Assembly (NCBI GenBank): GCA_951406725.2
Contig: OX597824.1
Coordinates: 6,138,001 to 6,202,000 of the forward strand
Origin: Octopus vulgaris
Taxonomy: Eukaryota
Reading direction: 5' to 3'
DNA length: 64,000 bases
Part shown: in pieces, positions 12,834 through 25,870 of the stretch
Position numbering within the stretch: the stretch's first letter is position 1
Layout of the letters: every line of letters starts with the position of its first letter
The notes under the pieces: model-generated
Told to the model about the DNA's origin: nothing
Database searches by the model: none
Seen by the model: the letters and a program-made list of their open reading frames with translations, nothing else
Translations under genes and position numbers: made by a program

Positions 12834-14811
12834 GTACATACATAAATAAATAAATACACACACATATATAGATATATATTAGTGTGTGCCAGTATATATA
12901 CATATATATATATGTGTGTGTGTGCGTAACTGTGCGTGTGCCTTTACATGCATATATACCTATGCATATATATATATACATGCACACAAACACACATATA
13001 AATTCCCACGAATATGTATACACACACGCGCACATATCTTCCTTAGTTTCGTTAGTTCTAACCGCAATGGAATGTTAAGTTTTATTTATTCATATGCATA
13101 CATCTCTGTGTGTTTATAAACGTGTGCTTCTACCCTCGACAGCGAATTTGTTTTGTGTGTGCGTGATTGCGCTCGTTTGTGTGTGTGTGTAAGTCTGTTT
13201 TTCTAAATACGCCTTCATGGGTGAGAGAGCGAGTGTGTGTGTGTGCGCGTGTCCTATGTGTGCGTGTGCGTGCACACATTCATAAAATAACCAAAACCAT
13301 AGCTGCCCTACTTGAATCTACTCGTGTTTATTTGGTTTTAGTACCTCATACCAGCGTATTTGAAGTATGACAACTTCATTTCTATATTTTTCATTGTTTT
13401 AGCTATTAAATCTATTCTGCTTCATTATAAATATGTCCACGATAACATAAAACGAATAATTTTTCATGACATAACATTTAGTGTTGACATTAGAAAAATT
13501 AATGATTCCAAGCATTTACTGAAATTGCTGGCTTTATTGACTCACATATTTAGTTAATAGTACCAAAAATATATTATTACGATCGCAAAACTTTTCAGTT
13601 AACGAACAGTCATCGATCAATCGTTTCGCTCTGCCTTCCATGACATTTATAAACCATTCGAATTTTAAGTCTGACACTTATCATTTATACGAGTAACAAC
13701 TAATTTTAGTTCTGTTACGTTGTGTGAATTAGTTAAACATTAACATTTAATTCTATAATAATATCAGAGAATTATCTCCATAGATGAAGCTCACCAAGTA
13801 AATTCAACACCTCTCTATGCTTATCCGTTTTGTAGAATTTTGGGTGTTTTTTTTTTACAGTGATGGTATTGATGGAACCAATACGAAACAGATTTATTAG
13901 GATGTTTCATATACCATCCAACTGCTTCTCAGGATCAATGGAGTAAAACCGAAGGTGCATTAGAATTCAATAAGGTTCGAAAATTGATTAACGATTGTCA
14001 ACATTTTGTTTTCATTCTACAGAAGTATTAGTTAAATTTGCTCTGCTTAAATATATTTTCTTTGCGGTACATATATTATATAATCCTTGAATGCTGTAAG
14101 GAGTGAGATTTCCGTTGAGAGGACCTTAATATGAAATAAACGGCAAACAATTACGGTGAGCAAATCAGTCGCTCCGGTTCTTTGTAGCCAACAGATTTGT
14201 TTAGTATATAAACGGATTGCCATCCTTCTTCTCTTCTCTGGTCAAATTGTCACCGTCACTTCGGATGAGAACCAATGAGGTTCGAAAATCGATTGAGGCA
14301 ATTATCAGTTTTTCTTTCTTTTTCAGTCTATTGAGAAATTAAATACATTTCTTCTATCTATATTTATATCTAATACACAGGTTACATACATTTACAGATT
14401 TAGTATCCAATGGGACACATGGTTAATATCGTATAACAGAGTTAAACCGACTTCAACGGTTCCAATATTCTTTGTTCTTTGTCCAAGGAAGGAAAGCGAT
14501 ATTAGCTAACAAATCAATCGTGTTACCCAAATGTATATACTTACACACACACACATACACACATACATACACGCTCACACTCACAAGCACACACACATAT
14601 AGGAGTATTTTATTAGCTAATATTCAAACGTATATAACTATATATAGAGAAGTGAATGTACTGATAAGCAGGTTATGCGTGTCAATATACAAAGTATATT
14701 AAGTACATGAAATACAAATCTGTGTATGTATCATTACACGCAAAAAAGGTCTGACTGACACAAAAAGAAGTTCAAAGATGAACTTCTTTCTGTCGACACC
14801 TCAAATGTAAC

Positions 14812-14908
14812 ATCTCTTCCCTGAAGACGGAGGCTCGTCTCGTCCGACGATGCAATCAATGTACAGACATTATTTTGGACTACCGAGGACCAGAAACAGC
14901 TGTTAGAT
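14812..14908 (+). ncRNA. Minimal hammerhead-like motif in a probable PLE terminus relic
   Basis: CTGAAGA at 14821 and GAAAC-AGCT-GTT at 14893-14904, with a palindromic stem-III loop (ACAGCTGT). Stems I and II are imperfect. Confidence 0.5.
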
Positions 14909-16278
14909 TTCTAATACTTTTCTTCCACCCCTTCAATTAATTGGTATTATTTCTATTCTATGGAAATCGAAACTTTTTGTATGTAAACATACATAGGTTT
15001 TTTTCGTATTTATTCTATCCAATATACTTTCTATATTGACCTGCATAACTTGATGTTCCTTACATTTACATCTCTAGATGCTCAACTTTAAATGTCTTGA
15101 GCACTAAAAAATGTATTCTATGCGGAGAATATTTGATTCTCATCTATTAACTATATAATTAAATATATATATATATATGCGTGTGTATGTGTGTGTGTTT
15201 GTGTGTGTGTATGTGTGTATGTGTGTATGTGTGTCTGTGTGTGTATGTATGTATGTACGTGTCTATCTGTATGTGCTTGTGGGCGCGCGAGTGCATAATA
15301 TTACAAAACGGAACGACACACTTTTTAACAGAAAGTGACATAATGCATACTAAAGTTCATACATGCATGCATAAAGGAATATCTGTGCCCGTCCGTGTAC
15401 GTGTGAGTGTATGTGCGTATGTATATGTGTATGTATATGTGTATGCAGCAGAATTCTTATTCACGATCATCATGAATGGGTGTATTAACAAAATGGGAAC
15501 ATATCTTTGCTGCCTTTTAACTATTGTACCAACTTTATCTGATTATAGAAATGTCTTTGATAGAGTCACTTAAACCGAAGGAATATTTTGACACCGATAC
15601 AGAATGAATGTGATTGGAATAAAAATGATAATGCCCTCGCTTTCTATACAGACTGATTGGTTCCAAATGATTCCCGGATGACTATGTATCGGTAAATCTC
15701 ATCAATTCACATAGTAGAATTTTGATTAAGCTAAAATTAGAACTAATCAAATTAATTTCAGTTCACTGTCCATTGAATATTCGATTCTCAATACAATTCC
15801 AACAATAGCCATTTCGAGTTGTACACATTTGTTTTACATTGTGCAACAGGGGAAACGAGATCGAATTAAAGTAAGTAGTTTAATGTTGATGTTAGTGGAA
15901 AGGGAAAATTATCCAAAAGAAACATTAAGTAAAAGAAACATAGGCGCAGGAGTGGTTGTGTGGTAAGTAGCTTCTTACCAGACAGACGTGTTGTTTTTTG
16001 CTCCGGCAAATGTCACGTGTTAACGTGAAATATTGAACATTTTATGGCAACAGGTAGGACATTTTGGATATTTTTGGAAGCACAGTGAGGTTTATTGCTT
16101 GCCGTTGATACTTTTTTGGCATTAATGTTAATTAGTGTTAACACTTTTTCTGCGCGTAATAAGCTTCACTGTGCTTCGGATGTATTTGTTCTGCCTGTTG
16201 GCATATTTATTGTCTCACCTTTTAGTGAGAATTGTGTATTTTGAGAGGCATAGCCCCTCCTCAAAAGTTAATTTGTTC

Positions 16279-16365
16279 GCTTGGATTTACCACGGAGAAC
16301 CAATTGTGCTTGGATTTACCACGGAGAACCAATTGTGCTTGGATTTACCACGGAGAACCAAGTGT
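16279..16365 (+). repeat. 3 x 29-bp tandem repeat in the 5' UTR
   Basis: GCTTGGATTTACCACGGAGAACCAATTGT x3; the third copy has one mismatch. Confidence 0.95.
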
Positions 16366-16508
16366 GCTGCAACTAGGAGTACCCTGTTTCGTGAGGATTA
16401 CCAGTTGCAGAACTGTGTTGCCATTATTTGAACTGTCTTCCTTCGTTCCTTTTCTCTGTTTTGTCTTTCTGTTCTGTCATTGTGTTTTTTTCTTATTGGA
16501 CTTTTGTT

Positions 16509-17700
16509 ATGGCAAAAAAGGAGTTAACCATATAGGAGTTAACACCTCCGAAGGGTTACCTGAAGGAGCTGGAGGACAAAACCGTGGTGTTGAGGACTTA
16601 TTCAAAGTCACTCAACACCATAATAGTTTTTCCGAAAGCCACTATTATGGACGAGCTGGCAGACTATATGCCAGCCGTTAAATGCATTCAACGGGGAGCC
16701 AAATACGCAACGATTTGGTTGCTGTTTGACTCCCCTAAAGCAGCTTGCAATTTCGCAAGCAAGCCCATTGAGGGCGAAGAGATTTTGTTTCTCCCAAGCT
16801 ACAAGGGAGAAAAATTAATAAGATTATGGGTCTGCGGCCTGCCACCCGGCTTTGAGCCCGAGTGGGTGGTAGATTCTATCCGCCGGGGTCTGAGTGGTGG
16901 TAGCGCCAAGATCCTGAACGTAAGAATGTAGCCTGCGGCTGATTGGGAGGGGGTCAAAGGCTACTTTGACTCTATGGACCCAGTCAGCCAAGAGTCTGGT
17001 TTTGCCGGACTTTTTGAGGATGGTCGGGTCCAAGTATCCGGTGATGCTTGAGGGACGCCCCCCCAAGTGTCACCTGTGTTTGGAGACCGGCCACATTAAG
17101 AAGAACTGCCCCAGGAACCAGAGTAGGATCCTGGAGAAGTTAATATCAGAGCCTCTCCCTGTCTCACCAATGGAGGGAGAGGAACAGAACGAGGAAGCGG
17201 TGGCTTCCTCAACAAGAAAACGAAAAGTGGGAAACAATGGTGACCCACTAAAAGACCCGGAAGCTACGGGAGAAAGAGTGGACCCGGCGTGTGCAACGCC
17301 GGAACCTCAACCTCCCGTGGCCCAGGGTAAAAAGAAAGAAAGAAAGAAAAGAAACGGGACGCCGCCAGCGGATTGTAACACGCAGACGGCGTCTCCCATG
17401 TGTCCTCCGGCGGTTGTAGGGCCGGAGAAATATTATGTGGTCCTCTTCCACAAAGGAGGCACACTAGAGAATGAAATAGGTAAGATGAGGAAGAGAAACC
17501 AATGGGAGGGACTTCGGTCCTGCATGGAGTATCCCGAGTGGCCTTCACAGCTGGCTGCGGAGGTCCTATTCGAAAATGATATGTGCAGGATCGAGAATTC
17601 TTTCCCGGAGGATCTCTTGCAAGTTATACCTATATGCGGGGGCCTGACGAAGAACGATTGCGTCATTAAAGCAAGAGCGTTCATCGGTCAGGTAACGTGA
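16509..17700 (+). pseudogene. Non-LTR ORF1 (gag-like) protein with CX2CX4HX4C zinc knuckle
   Basis: CHLCLETGHIKKNC. ATG at 16509 is in frame with ORF 16584-16931. Stops near 16533 and 16929, and a frameshift near 16958 into ORF 16966-17700. Confidence 0.8.
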
Positions 17701-19007
17701 ACCTGTATTTGGGTTATATTGCGATAGAGGTTTATTGCCTCTGGAAAAACTTTTGAAATTGTAAATTGTAAAATTTGGAATTTTTGTTTTGAAATTTTTG
17801 AATTTTTGTAAAATTTTGGAAATTTTGTAAAATTATTGGAAAAAAAAGAACATTGTTTTAGAGAAGCAAGAGTCGGCGGGCGCTTTTTGACTTCTCCCAT
17901 CACCATCTTCATCCACCACCACCATCATCCATTAATGTTTTTGTCCAGCCCGTAGCTACTCTGTGTGCTGCCCTAGTGGCAAAATTGTTGAAATAAAGTA
18001 GCTTGTTTACCAACCACATGGTTCCGGGTTCGGTCCCACTCCGTGACATCTTGGGCAAGTGTCTTCTACTATAGCCTTGGGTCGACCAAAGCCTTGTGAG
18101 TGGATTTGGTAGACGGAAACTGAAAGAAGCCCGTCGTATATATGTATATATATGCGTGTGTGTATTTGTGTGTCTGTGTTTGTCCCCCTAGCATTGCTTG
18201 ACAACCGATGCTGGTGTGTTTATGTCCCCGTTACTTAGCGGTTCGGCAAAAGAGACCGATAGAATAAGTACTGGGCTTACAAAAGAATAAGTCCCGGGGT
18301 TGAGTTGCTCGATTAAAGGCGGTGCTCCAGCATGGCCGCAGTCAAATGACTGAAACAAGTAAAAGAGAGTAAAAGAGTAAGGTAGCACAGAAAATGTTAA
18401 GAAGAAGGAAAAGTACATATTACTGGACGGGCAGCGTGACATATATTTTCAGGCAGATGCTTCGATTTACGTTGGTCCAGTGTGCTAAGATGTAATTGTG
18501 TACCAGCCGCGTGTTGGTGCAGCATTCTCTCGTCCTTCACCTGTCCTTTCTTTACTTTTTCGCTGAACATAGAGTGAAAATGTCGACAACCTCGTCTCAG
18601 TCTGCTCGCAATTTTATTGGTATAATGGACCATCAGTGAAAGCGTGATATACGAGATTGCTAGAGACGACTAAGTTTAATGGGATATATGTATATATTAT
18701 GCAAGTAATTCTTTTGTTAAGACCGAAACCGAGGTATGCATTTAAGTCTGTTATTTATTTAATTTTTCATATGTCCTGCCCGCCAAAGTTGGTTCTGGTG
18801 TTCGCTGAATTCTTCCTCTAGAGAATTTCCCTTGTAGTTTGATCGTTGATGATCTTCTTCTAGCATTCTGGCTGGCTACCTAGCAGACCAGCCCTGCCAA
18901 TATACACATATATTTGAATTTTTTCTGACTCCTCAGATTTTTTGAATGCTGGACTACTGGTTTTAAATTGATATTAAAATTAATATTAATTTATCTCCCT
19001 CAATTTT

Positions 19008-19064
<57 letters not shown>

Positions 19065-19558
19065 TATGTAAGGTTGTTTATGTGTGTGTGTATAGATATT
19101 TACTCTATAAGTTGAGTTATGTGTGCGAAAGTGTGTATGTTAGTAACGTGTTATGAAGTCAAATTAGTGTGTTAATATACATAAACATTCCCTTATATGC
19201 TTATATCTAAGTCATGAAAAAGTCATAATTATTCTAATATGAAGCAGTAAGATAATTAGTAAAGTAAATATATTTGTATTTAGTTATTCATTCATTGTTT
19301 ATTCTATAAACATTATGTACTTAAGTCCGAGAGAGAGAGAATACGTATATGCATACGGGTTAACGTTACACGCATTTAAGATTAATACGTAGGTATATGA
19401 AGTGTATTACGTCATCATGATTAGCTTTTCCTATAGATTTCTAATATTTGGATCTAAAATGAGATGTATTATATTATCCGATTAATTAATAAAGATAATT
19501 ACTCAATATTAATAAATTGATATTTAAGTATTATATTATATAATGTACAATATATATA

Positions 19559-19620
<62 letters not shown>

Positions 19621-19624
19621 TTTA

Positions 19625-19980
19625 TCGTATGTTTAATTTGTAAATTAAAGTTATATTTATTAAAATTAGATATGTTTCGACCAAAGATTGGTCCAGGCCA
19701 TGTCTAACTTAATAGCACCACCTGATAGGATTATTCGAATCCTGTTTAAGTCAAGTTTTGTTTAAGTCAAGTTTTGTTCAAGTAGTGAGTTCTTGTTGGG
19801 TGAGTTGTATCCAATTATAGGTGGCTTATCTGGTATTCTTTGAAGGAATCTATCCAGACTCTGTTTGAAGTTGATGGGATCCTTTTCCTCTTTGATCTCT
19901 CTCGGAACAATGTTAAATAGGGCAGGGCCTGTTGAGGAAAAGAAATTATGTTGCAGTGTACATGCTTGTTGTGATCTTGA
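19625..19980 (-). mobile_element. CR1/L2-group LINE 3' fragment
   Basis: Minus-strand TLQHNFFSSTGPALFNIVPREIKEEKDPINFKQSLDRFLQRIPDKP...NSLLE, a typical ORF2 C-terminus, followed by a short 3' UTR with AATAAA. Confidence 0.7.
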
Positions 19981-19984
19981 ATTA

Positions 19985-22480
19985 TATTATATTACATTTA
20001 TATCATTAATGCTTGGTTTTGATTTTATTTATTAAATTTTATTAAATTTTCTACAATATACTTAGGTTAACTCCAACAATTTAAAATATTCACTCTTCCT
20101 GAGTTAAATAATTTGTATTTCATAAATATATTTTATGCTTATATTTCTAATGTTCAGTTTTGCTATTTATTATTTCTTTATTTATTAAATTGCCTAAAAA
20201 CATGTAGTGGCCACAAGCTAGAATATTTTCTTTCCTAGAGTTAATGAATCTATGTTTAGATTTTATTATTTGAAATATTTCTTTTGTACATAATTTAGAT
20301 TTACTATCTGAAATTAGATAAGTTTACAACCTCCCATTTAATCTTTTAATTTTTCACTTTTAACGTCCATATAAGTTTTCTGAGACTAATATTTATGATT
20401 TTATGCTTATTTCTAAAACAACTCTCATGGTTCGCAATTCTTCGTTTAAATTGAGTTTCTATTGAACCTATGTAATCACGCTCCTTCCATTCAGATTCAG
20501 CTACTCACTTATACACCAGGATATTTTCTTTACAATTATTATTAAGTTTACAATTTTCTCTAATCCTGAAATCACAATTTCTATTGATATCATTATTTAG
20601 ACAGTTCTTACGTTTGTTATTTTTATTATTTTCATTTTCATCATTAATATTATTATTCATATTATCTGGATTAGAAATGGAGCCAGTGTAGGTTATTTCC
20701 CATGTATTATTATAAGTTTCCTTAACATCATTTTTACTTAAGGTTTGGTTATTATAAAAGATATCTAATTTTCTATTATCAATTGAGGATATAATCACAA
20801 ACAGATTCTGTGATAAGGAATGAACAACTTTTATAGATTGAGAATTAATAATTTTGCTATACTTATTATCCTTGTTTAAATGTTTATGAATTAGTCGATA
20901 AATGGTATTAATTATTTTGCTTTTGATTTGACTTGCAAAGGGGATAATAAACCACAGAGTATTGGTTTAATTTGGATAACTATAATCTATATTAGATTTA
21001 TCAGAATTTATGCAAGGACTATGTCTTTTTTTTTATTAATATTATATTTACGATTATAAAGTATTAACATATATGTTATTAATATTATTAATTTTTGCTT
21101 TACTAGTTTTTTTTATTTTCATATTTATATATACCATATTTGGTATCAGGTTTCATGACTTTACAATCAACTTTAGTATTATTTTAATATTTTTTCATAA
21201 TTTTCAAACATTAGCCATTTATCATAGGGTTTATATCATCATTTTTTATTTTTCTATCTATACATTATTTATTTTATTATTATCTGCAGTTTAATTCCAT
21301 TCAATATATATTATATTTGCGTTACTCCTTATTTTATCTTTACTATTTTCATTGGATCTATAATATTATATTTTACACTTATATTCTGCTTTTTCAAGTG
21401 CAAATAAGTTAGTCTCTTCTCTATGTTTGTAGTTAATGTTGTTCATTGATATTGGATGATTGTTCATATTATTTCTATACCTTAGATTGGTATTAGGCTT
21501 AAGATACGTACATATCTATCAGTTGCAAGATTAAAGTTGATATTTAAAAAAACTGACCGAGTTATTTTCGTGTTCAATAGAGATTGAAAGACTATAATTT
21601 TTAAAGAATTTATGTAATATTTTCTTATACATTTCCAATTTCCTATTTGATGGGTTTTTAAGTAGACACAGCGCATCAATCCCCGTATAATCCGCCCGTA
21701 ATTTCAGGAAATTTATTATATGTGTTATATAGAATGTATGTGAGCACTAGGTCTGTTATCTGAACGAAGTCTGCGGATCCCATGGTTGTGTCAGATGAAT
21801 TACAGGAATCCAATCAAACCCAATATTTATTATCAAACTTAATTACTGATATTCTAGCTGTAAAAATAGCCTGACTTTTTTTCAGATTTAAGTTAGTGAA
21901 ATTTCTCAACGAAAATAAGAGCCATATTTAGTATTATAGGAATACTAGAGGAATAATAGTTGTCAATATCCACCGGTAAAAATTTTAATTTATATTTGTT
22001 AACAATACTGTTGAATCAACGTATTACTTCTTGGGTGTTTGCCCAAAGTTCTAATTCATTCTTTTTCCTTGGTATAGGTGAGTATTTATCTAAGAGATTC
22101 TGACTTAATGTACCTATGTCAGATTTTGCACGACATATTAGTCTAACTTTAGGGTTAATTTGGAAATTTTCTTTAAGGTCCTTCAAATTGATTCTTGGTC
22201 TTTTAGAAATAAATGGCTCAGTCTTATCCTCAATTCTATATTCCAACATTTATGTTCTTAGATTCCAAGTTAATAATTCTTATTTACTACTTTATAATTC
22301 TTTGTAAATTCATTCGTAAGAATTCTATGGTACTTATCAATATACAAATTGTAGAGATTCCCTGTCTTATCCGAGTGTAATATAATTCTATTTTCCTTTT
22401 GAGTTCCAGAATTCAAGATTCCAGCTTCCTTAATAGGGAATTCCGTATAAGTGGATATTTCCGAAACTTAATTTATTTTG
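19985..22480 (-). mobile_element. Decayed Penelope-like element (RT + C-terminal GIY-YIG)
   Basis: RT remnants DTTMGSADFVQITDLV (about 21745-21795) and a GGLY.DD-like motif (about 21690). GIY-YIG DYIGSIETQFKRRIANHESCF (about 20410-20477). Many stops; boundaries approximate. Confidence 0.75.
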
Positions 22481-22529
<49 letters not shown>

Positions 22530-22534
22530 TATAC

Positions 22535-22847
22535 TCAAAATAAGCAACAAGGATATCCAAAGGAAGTGCAGTACAATCGTTTCATGCGACTTCATTTAAT
22601 TAAACAATGCAAGTATTACACCAGTTTTAAAATGTAGAGCAATATGCAGCTGAAGATTGCTCTACATCTTAAAACCGATGTGATACTTACATTGTTTAAT
22701 TAAATGAAGTAGCATGAAACGATTGTACTGCACTTCCTTGGATATCCTTGTTGCTTATTTTGATTATAATCACCCCATTTTGATTTATATGGATTATACC
22801 ACAGCAAATTCTGGTGCCTTTAACTTAGGTACCATATTCAACTGAAT
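22535..22847 (+). mobile_element. PLE 3'-end relic, family 1: 229-bp palindrome plus tail, inside (TA)n
   Basis: Imperfect palindrome 22535-22763 centred on CAG|CTG at about 22649; tail 22764-22847. Confidence 0.8.
22646..22731 (+). ncRNA. Minimal type-I hammerhead ribozyme motif
   Basis: GCAG-CTGAAGA-TTGCT...AGCAT-GAAAC-GATT-GTA-CTGC. Stem I GCAG/CTGC, GUA cleavage triplet, long stem-II insert. Confidence 0.65.
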
Positions 22848-23642
22848 ATATATATATGAATTTGAAATTTTCGCGAATCTATGAGTGTATTTTGGGAATG
22901 ATGTTGAAATATTATTTGTTACTATTACTAATTGTAACATTAATGTTGAACGAAGATCATGACATCAAAACTCTGTGTTGCTTCTTGGCATTGTTCTTAG
23001 TCAGAATATTCTACAATGGCCTTATCTCTTACTAGTGTTTCTCTTGGTTACAACCAATCACCTACGATTCAGCACATATTTCAGAAAGGAAATAAAGACC
23101 ACTCCCTTCCTCCATTCAGATTTAATGTGTCTAGAAATATATTAAAACATGTAATCTTTAAGACAATATAACATGTTTTGAAATATTTTATATTTAGCTG
23201 CTTTTTCCGCTAAGGAACTTGTTATTGCCAACGTTTGATAGAAGAATTTTGCTTCATTTTGAAAATTGACACATATTTTTAACGTTATTTGTTCAATAAC
23301 ATGTGATGCGTGTCGGGACTTCGGTAATTAGATGATTGAACGACACTAGGGTAATAATATTTTGTTACAAAGTTTGTGGAGAATATGAGGTTTGGGGAGG
23401 CGACATTATAGTTAGCTTAGTGAATGGTGTAGATATGTTGGAAGAAACCGTTTTAGATGTGACAGGAGTTCAGTTATACTGCTATTTATAGATCGGCTTG
23501 TTTGCGCTATAATGTTTACAGAATAAATGTATCTAATTAAGGATAATTTAATGAACCATCGCATGCCATTTATCCCTCTCTCATCTCTCTATCGCTCTTT
23601 CTTTCTCTCTCTGCTTCTCTCTCTCTCTCTCTCTCTCCATAT

Positions 23643-23724
<82 letters not shown>

Positions 23725-24129
23725 GTGTGTGTGTGTGCGTTTGTGCCTGCGTGTGGGTCTGTGTATACGTGTGTAGTCACACACGTATATGTAGCACACA
23801 GATACATCTGCAGATAACAATATTTCATAGCTACGTATGTGCGTGCACATTTATATTCATGGTGCACATGCACGCGCACACACACATGCACACACACATA
23901 TATACACATCTGTCACACACACACAATACATACAGAACTAAATGTATATGTGTATTTGTATATATATATACTTACAGTTTTATATTTATATATATATACA
24001 CACACATACACATTATATATATATACATACACAAGTACACTTACACATATATAAGCATATACATACACACACATACACACATATATATACACACACACAT
24101 AATAAAAATTGATATTAATATATATGTAT

Positions 24130-24546
<417 letters not shown>

Positions 24547-25005
24547 CATAGGTATCCTCTATGCATAAGATATATGTTGTAGGTAGATTAATTAGAAAAA
24601 CTTATTTCCTTTATAGAATAATATCTTCGAATTATTCAATTGGAATCATAAAAAAGACAGCAAGATTTCAATGATTATTAACCAGAAGGAAATAATATTA
24701 CTAAATTAACGACACGTGATGAGGATTCATATTGTTCTTAGAAACTTCTGACGAGAAAAAAGAAAAATAAAGCCAAAAACATGGAGTTGTTAAAAACATT
24801 TTACGTTCTTTGATGTGTTTTGAAGACAGTTTCCTTCGCATGATTATATTTATATATTGAAGAGTGATTGTTAAATTATACACAATACCTATACTGTTTT
24901 ATGCTCTTTCATATGATGAGCCAATACGTAAAATTAGCAATTATATATATATATATATAAGTATATATATATATATGTATATATATATGTATTTATATGT
25001 ATATG

Positions 25006-25085
<80 letters not shown>

Positions 25086-25195
25086 CTTACGTACATACAT
25101 ATATACATATATTGCACTTTCCCGTGATGGTAAATAATAAAATAATATATATATTAATATACGTGTATGGAGTTATGTACATATATGAATGAATA

Positions 25196-25242
<47 letters not shown>

Positions 25243-25485
25243 ATATAAATGTATATGCATGCATATGTATGTATGTTTGTATGTATACACACACACAAAC
25301 ACACGCGCACACATATTTTTAAGATTCGCAATTTTCAATTTAGAAACTCATTTGTGTGTGCACAAATGAAAGCAGTTTATTAGAATGTCAAGTTTGTCAC
25401 GACGAAAAGTGTCATAGAAACATATATGCATACACGCACACATGCACACACACACATATATCCATATGTGTGTCGACGTATGTAA

Positions 25486-25870
25486 TGGAAGCACTCCGTC
25501 GGTTACGACGATGAGGGTTCCGGTTGATCCGAATCAACGGAACAGCCTGCTCACGAAATTAACGTGTAAGTGGCTGAGCACTCCACAGACACGTGCACCC
25601 TTAACGTAGTTCTCGGGGATATTCAGCGTGACACAGAGAGTGACAAGGCCGGCCCTTTGAAATACAGGTACAACAGAAACAGGAAGTAAGAGTGAGAGAA
25701 AGTTGTGGTGAAAGAGTACAGCAGGGATCACCACCATCCCCTGCCGGAGCCGCGTGGAGCTTTAGGTGTTTTCGCTCAATAAACACTCACAACGCCCGGT
25801 CTGGGAATCGAAACCGCGATCCTCTGACCGCGAGTCCGCTGCGCTAACCACTGGGCCATTGCGCCTCCAC
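25486..25870 (-). mobile_element. tRNA-derived SINE, family C, full length with 12-bp TSD
   Basis: Head TGGCCCAGTGG (A box) and GGTTTCGATTCC (B box). TSD CGACGTATGTAA at 25474-25485 and 25871-25882. Confidence 0.9.

Larger units (their letters stand above)
15981..17995 (+). mobile_element. ORF1-only (HAL1-like) L1/Tx1-type retroelement
   Basis: Imperfect 16-17 bp TSD (15965-15980 / 17996-18012), about 530-nt 5' UTR, one gag-like ORF, about 300-nt 3' region ending in AATAAA. No RT or endonuclease. Confidence 0.75.
15942..18380 (+). mobile_element. SINE family A split by a 2-kb insertion
   Basis: Head at 15942-15980; remainder resumes at 17996-18380. Confidence 0.9.

Noticed and set aside
16279-16365. 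29-bp direct repeats as a CRISPR array
   Set aside because: No spacers, no cas genes, eukaryotic context.
25790-25870. tRNA gene (also the other SINE heads)
   Set aside because: The A/B boxes belong to SINE heads that continue into SINE bodies with TSDs; no full cloverleaf.
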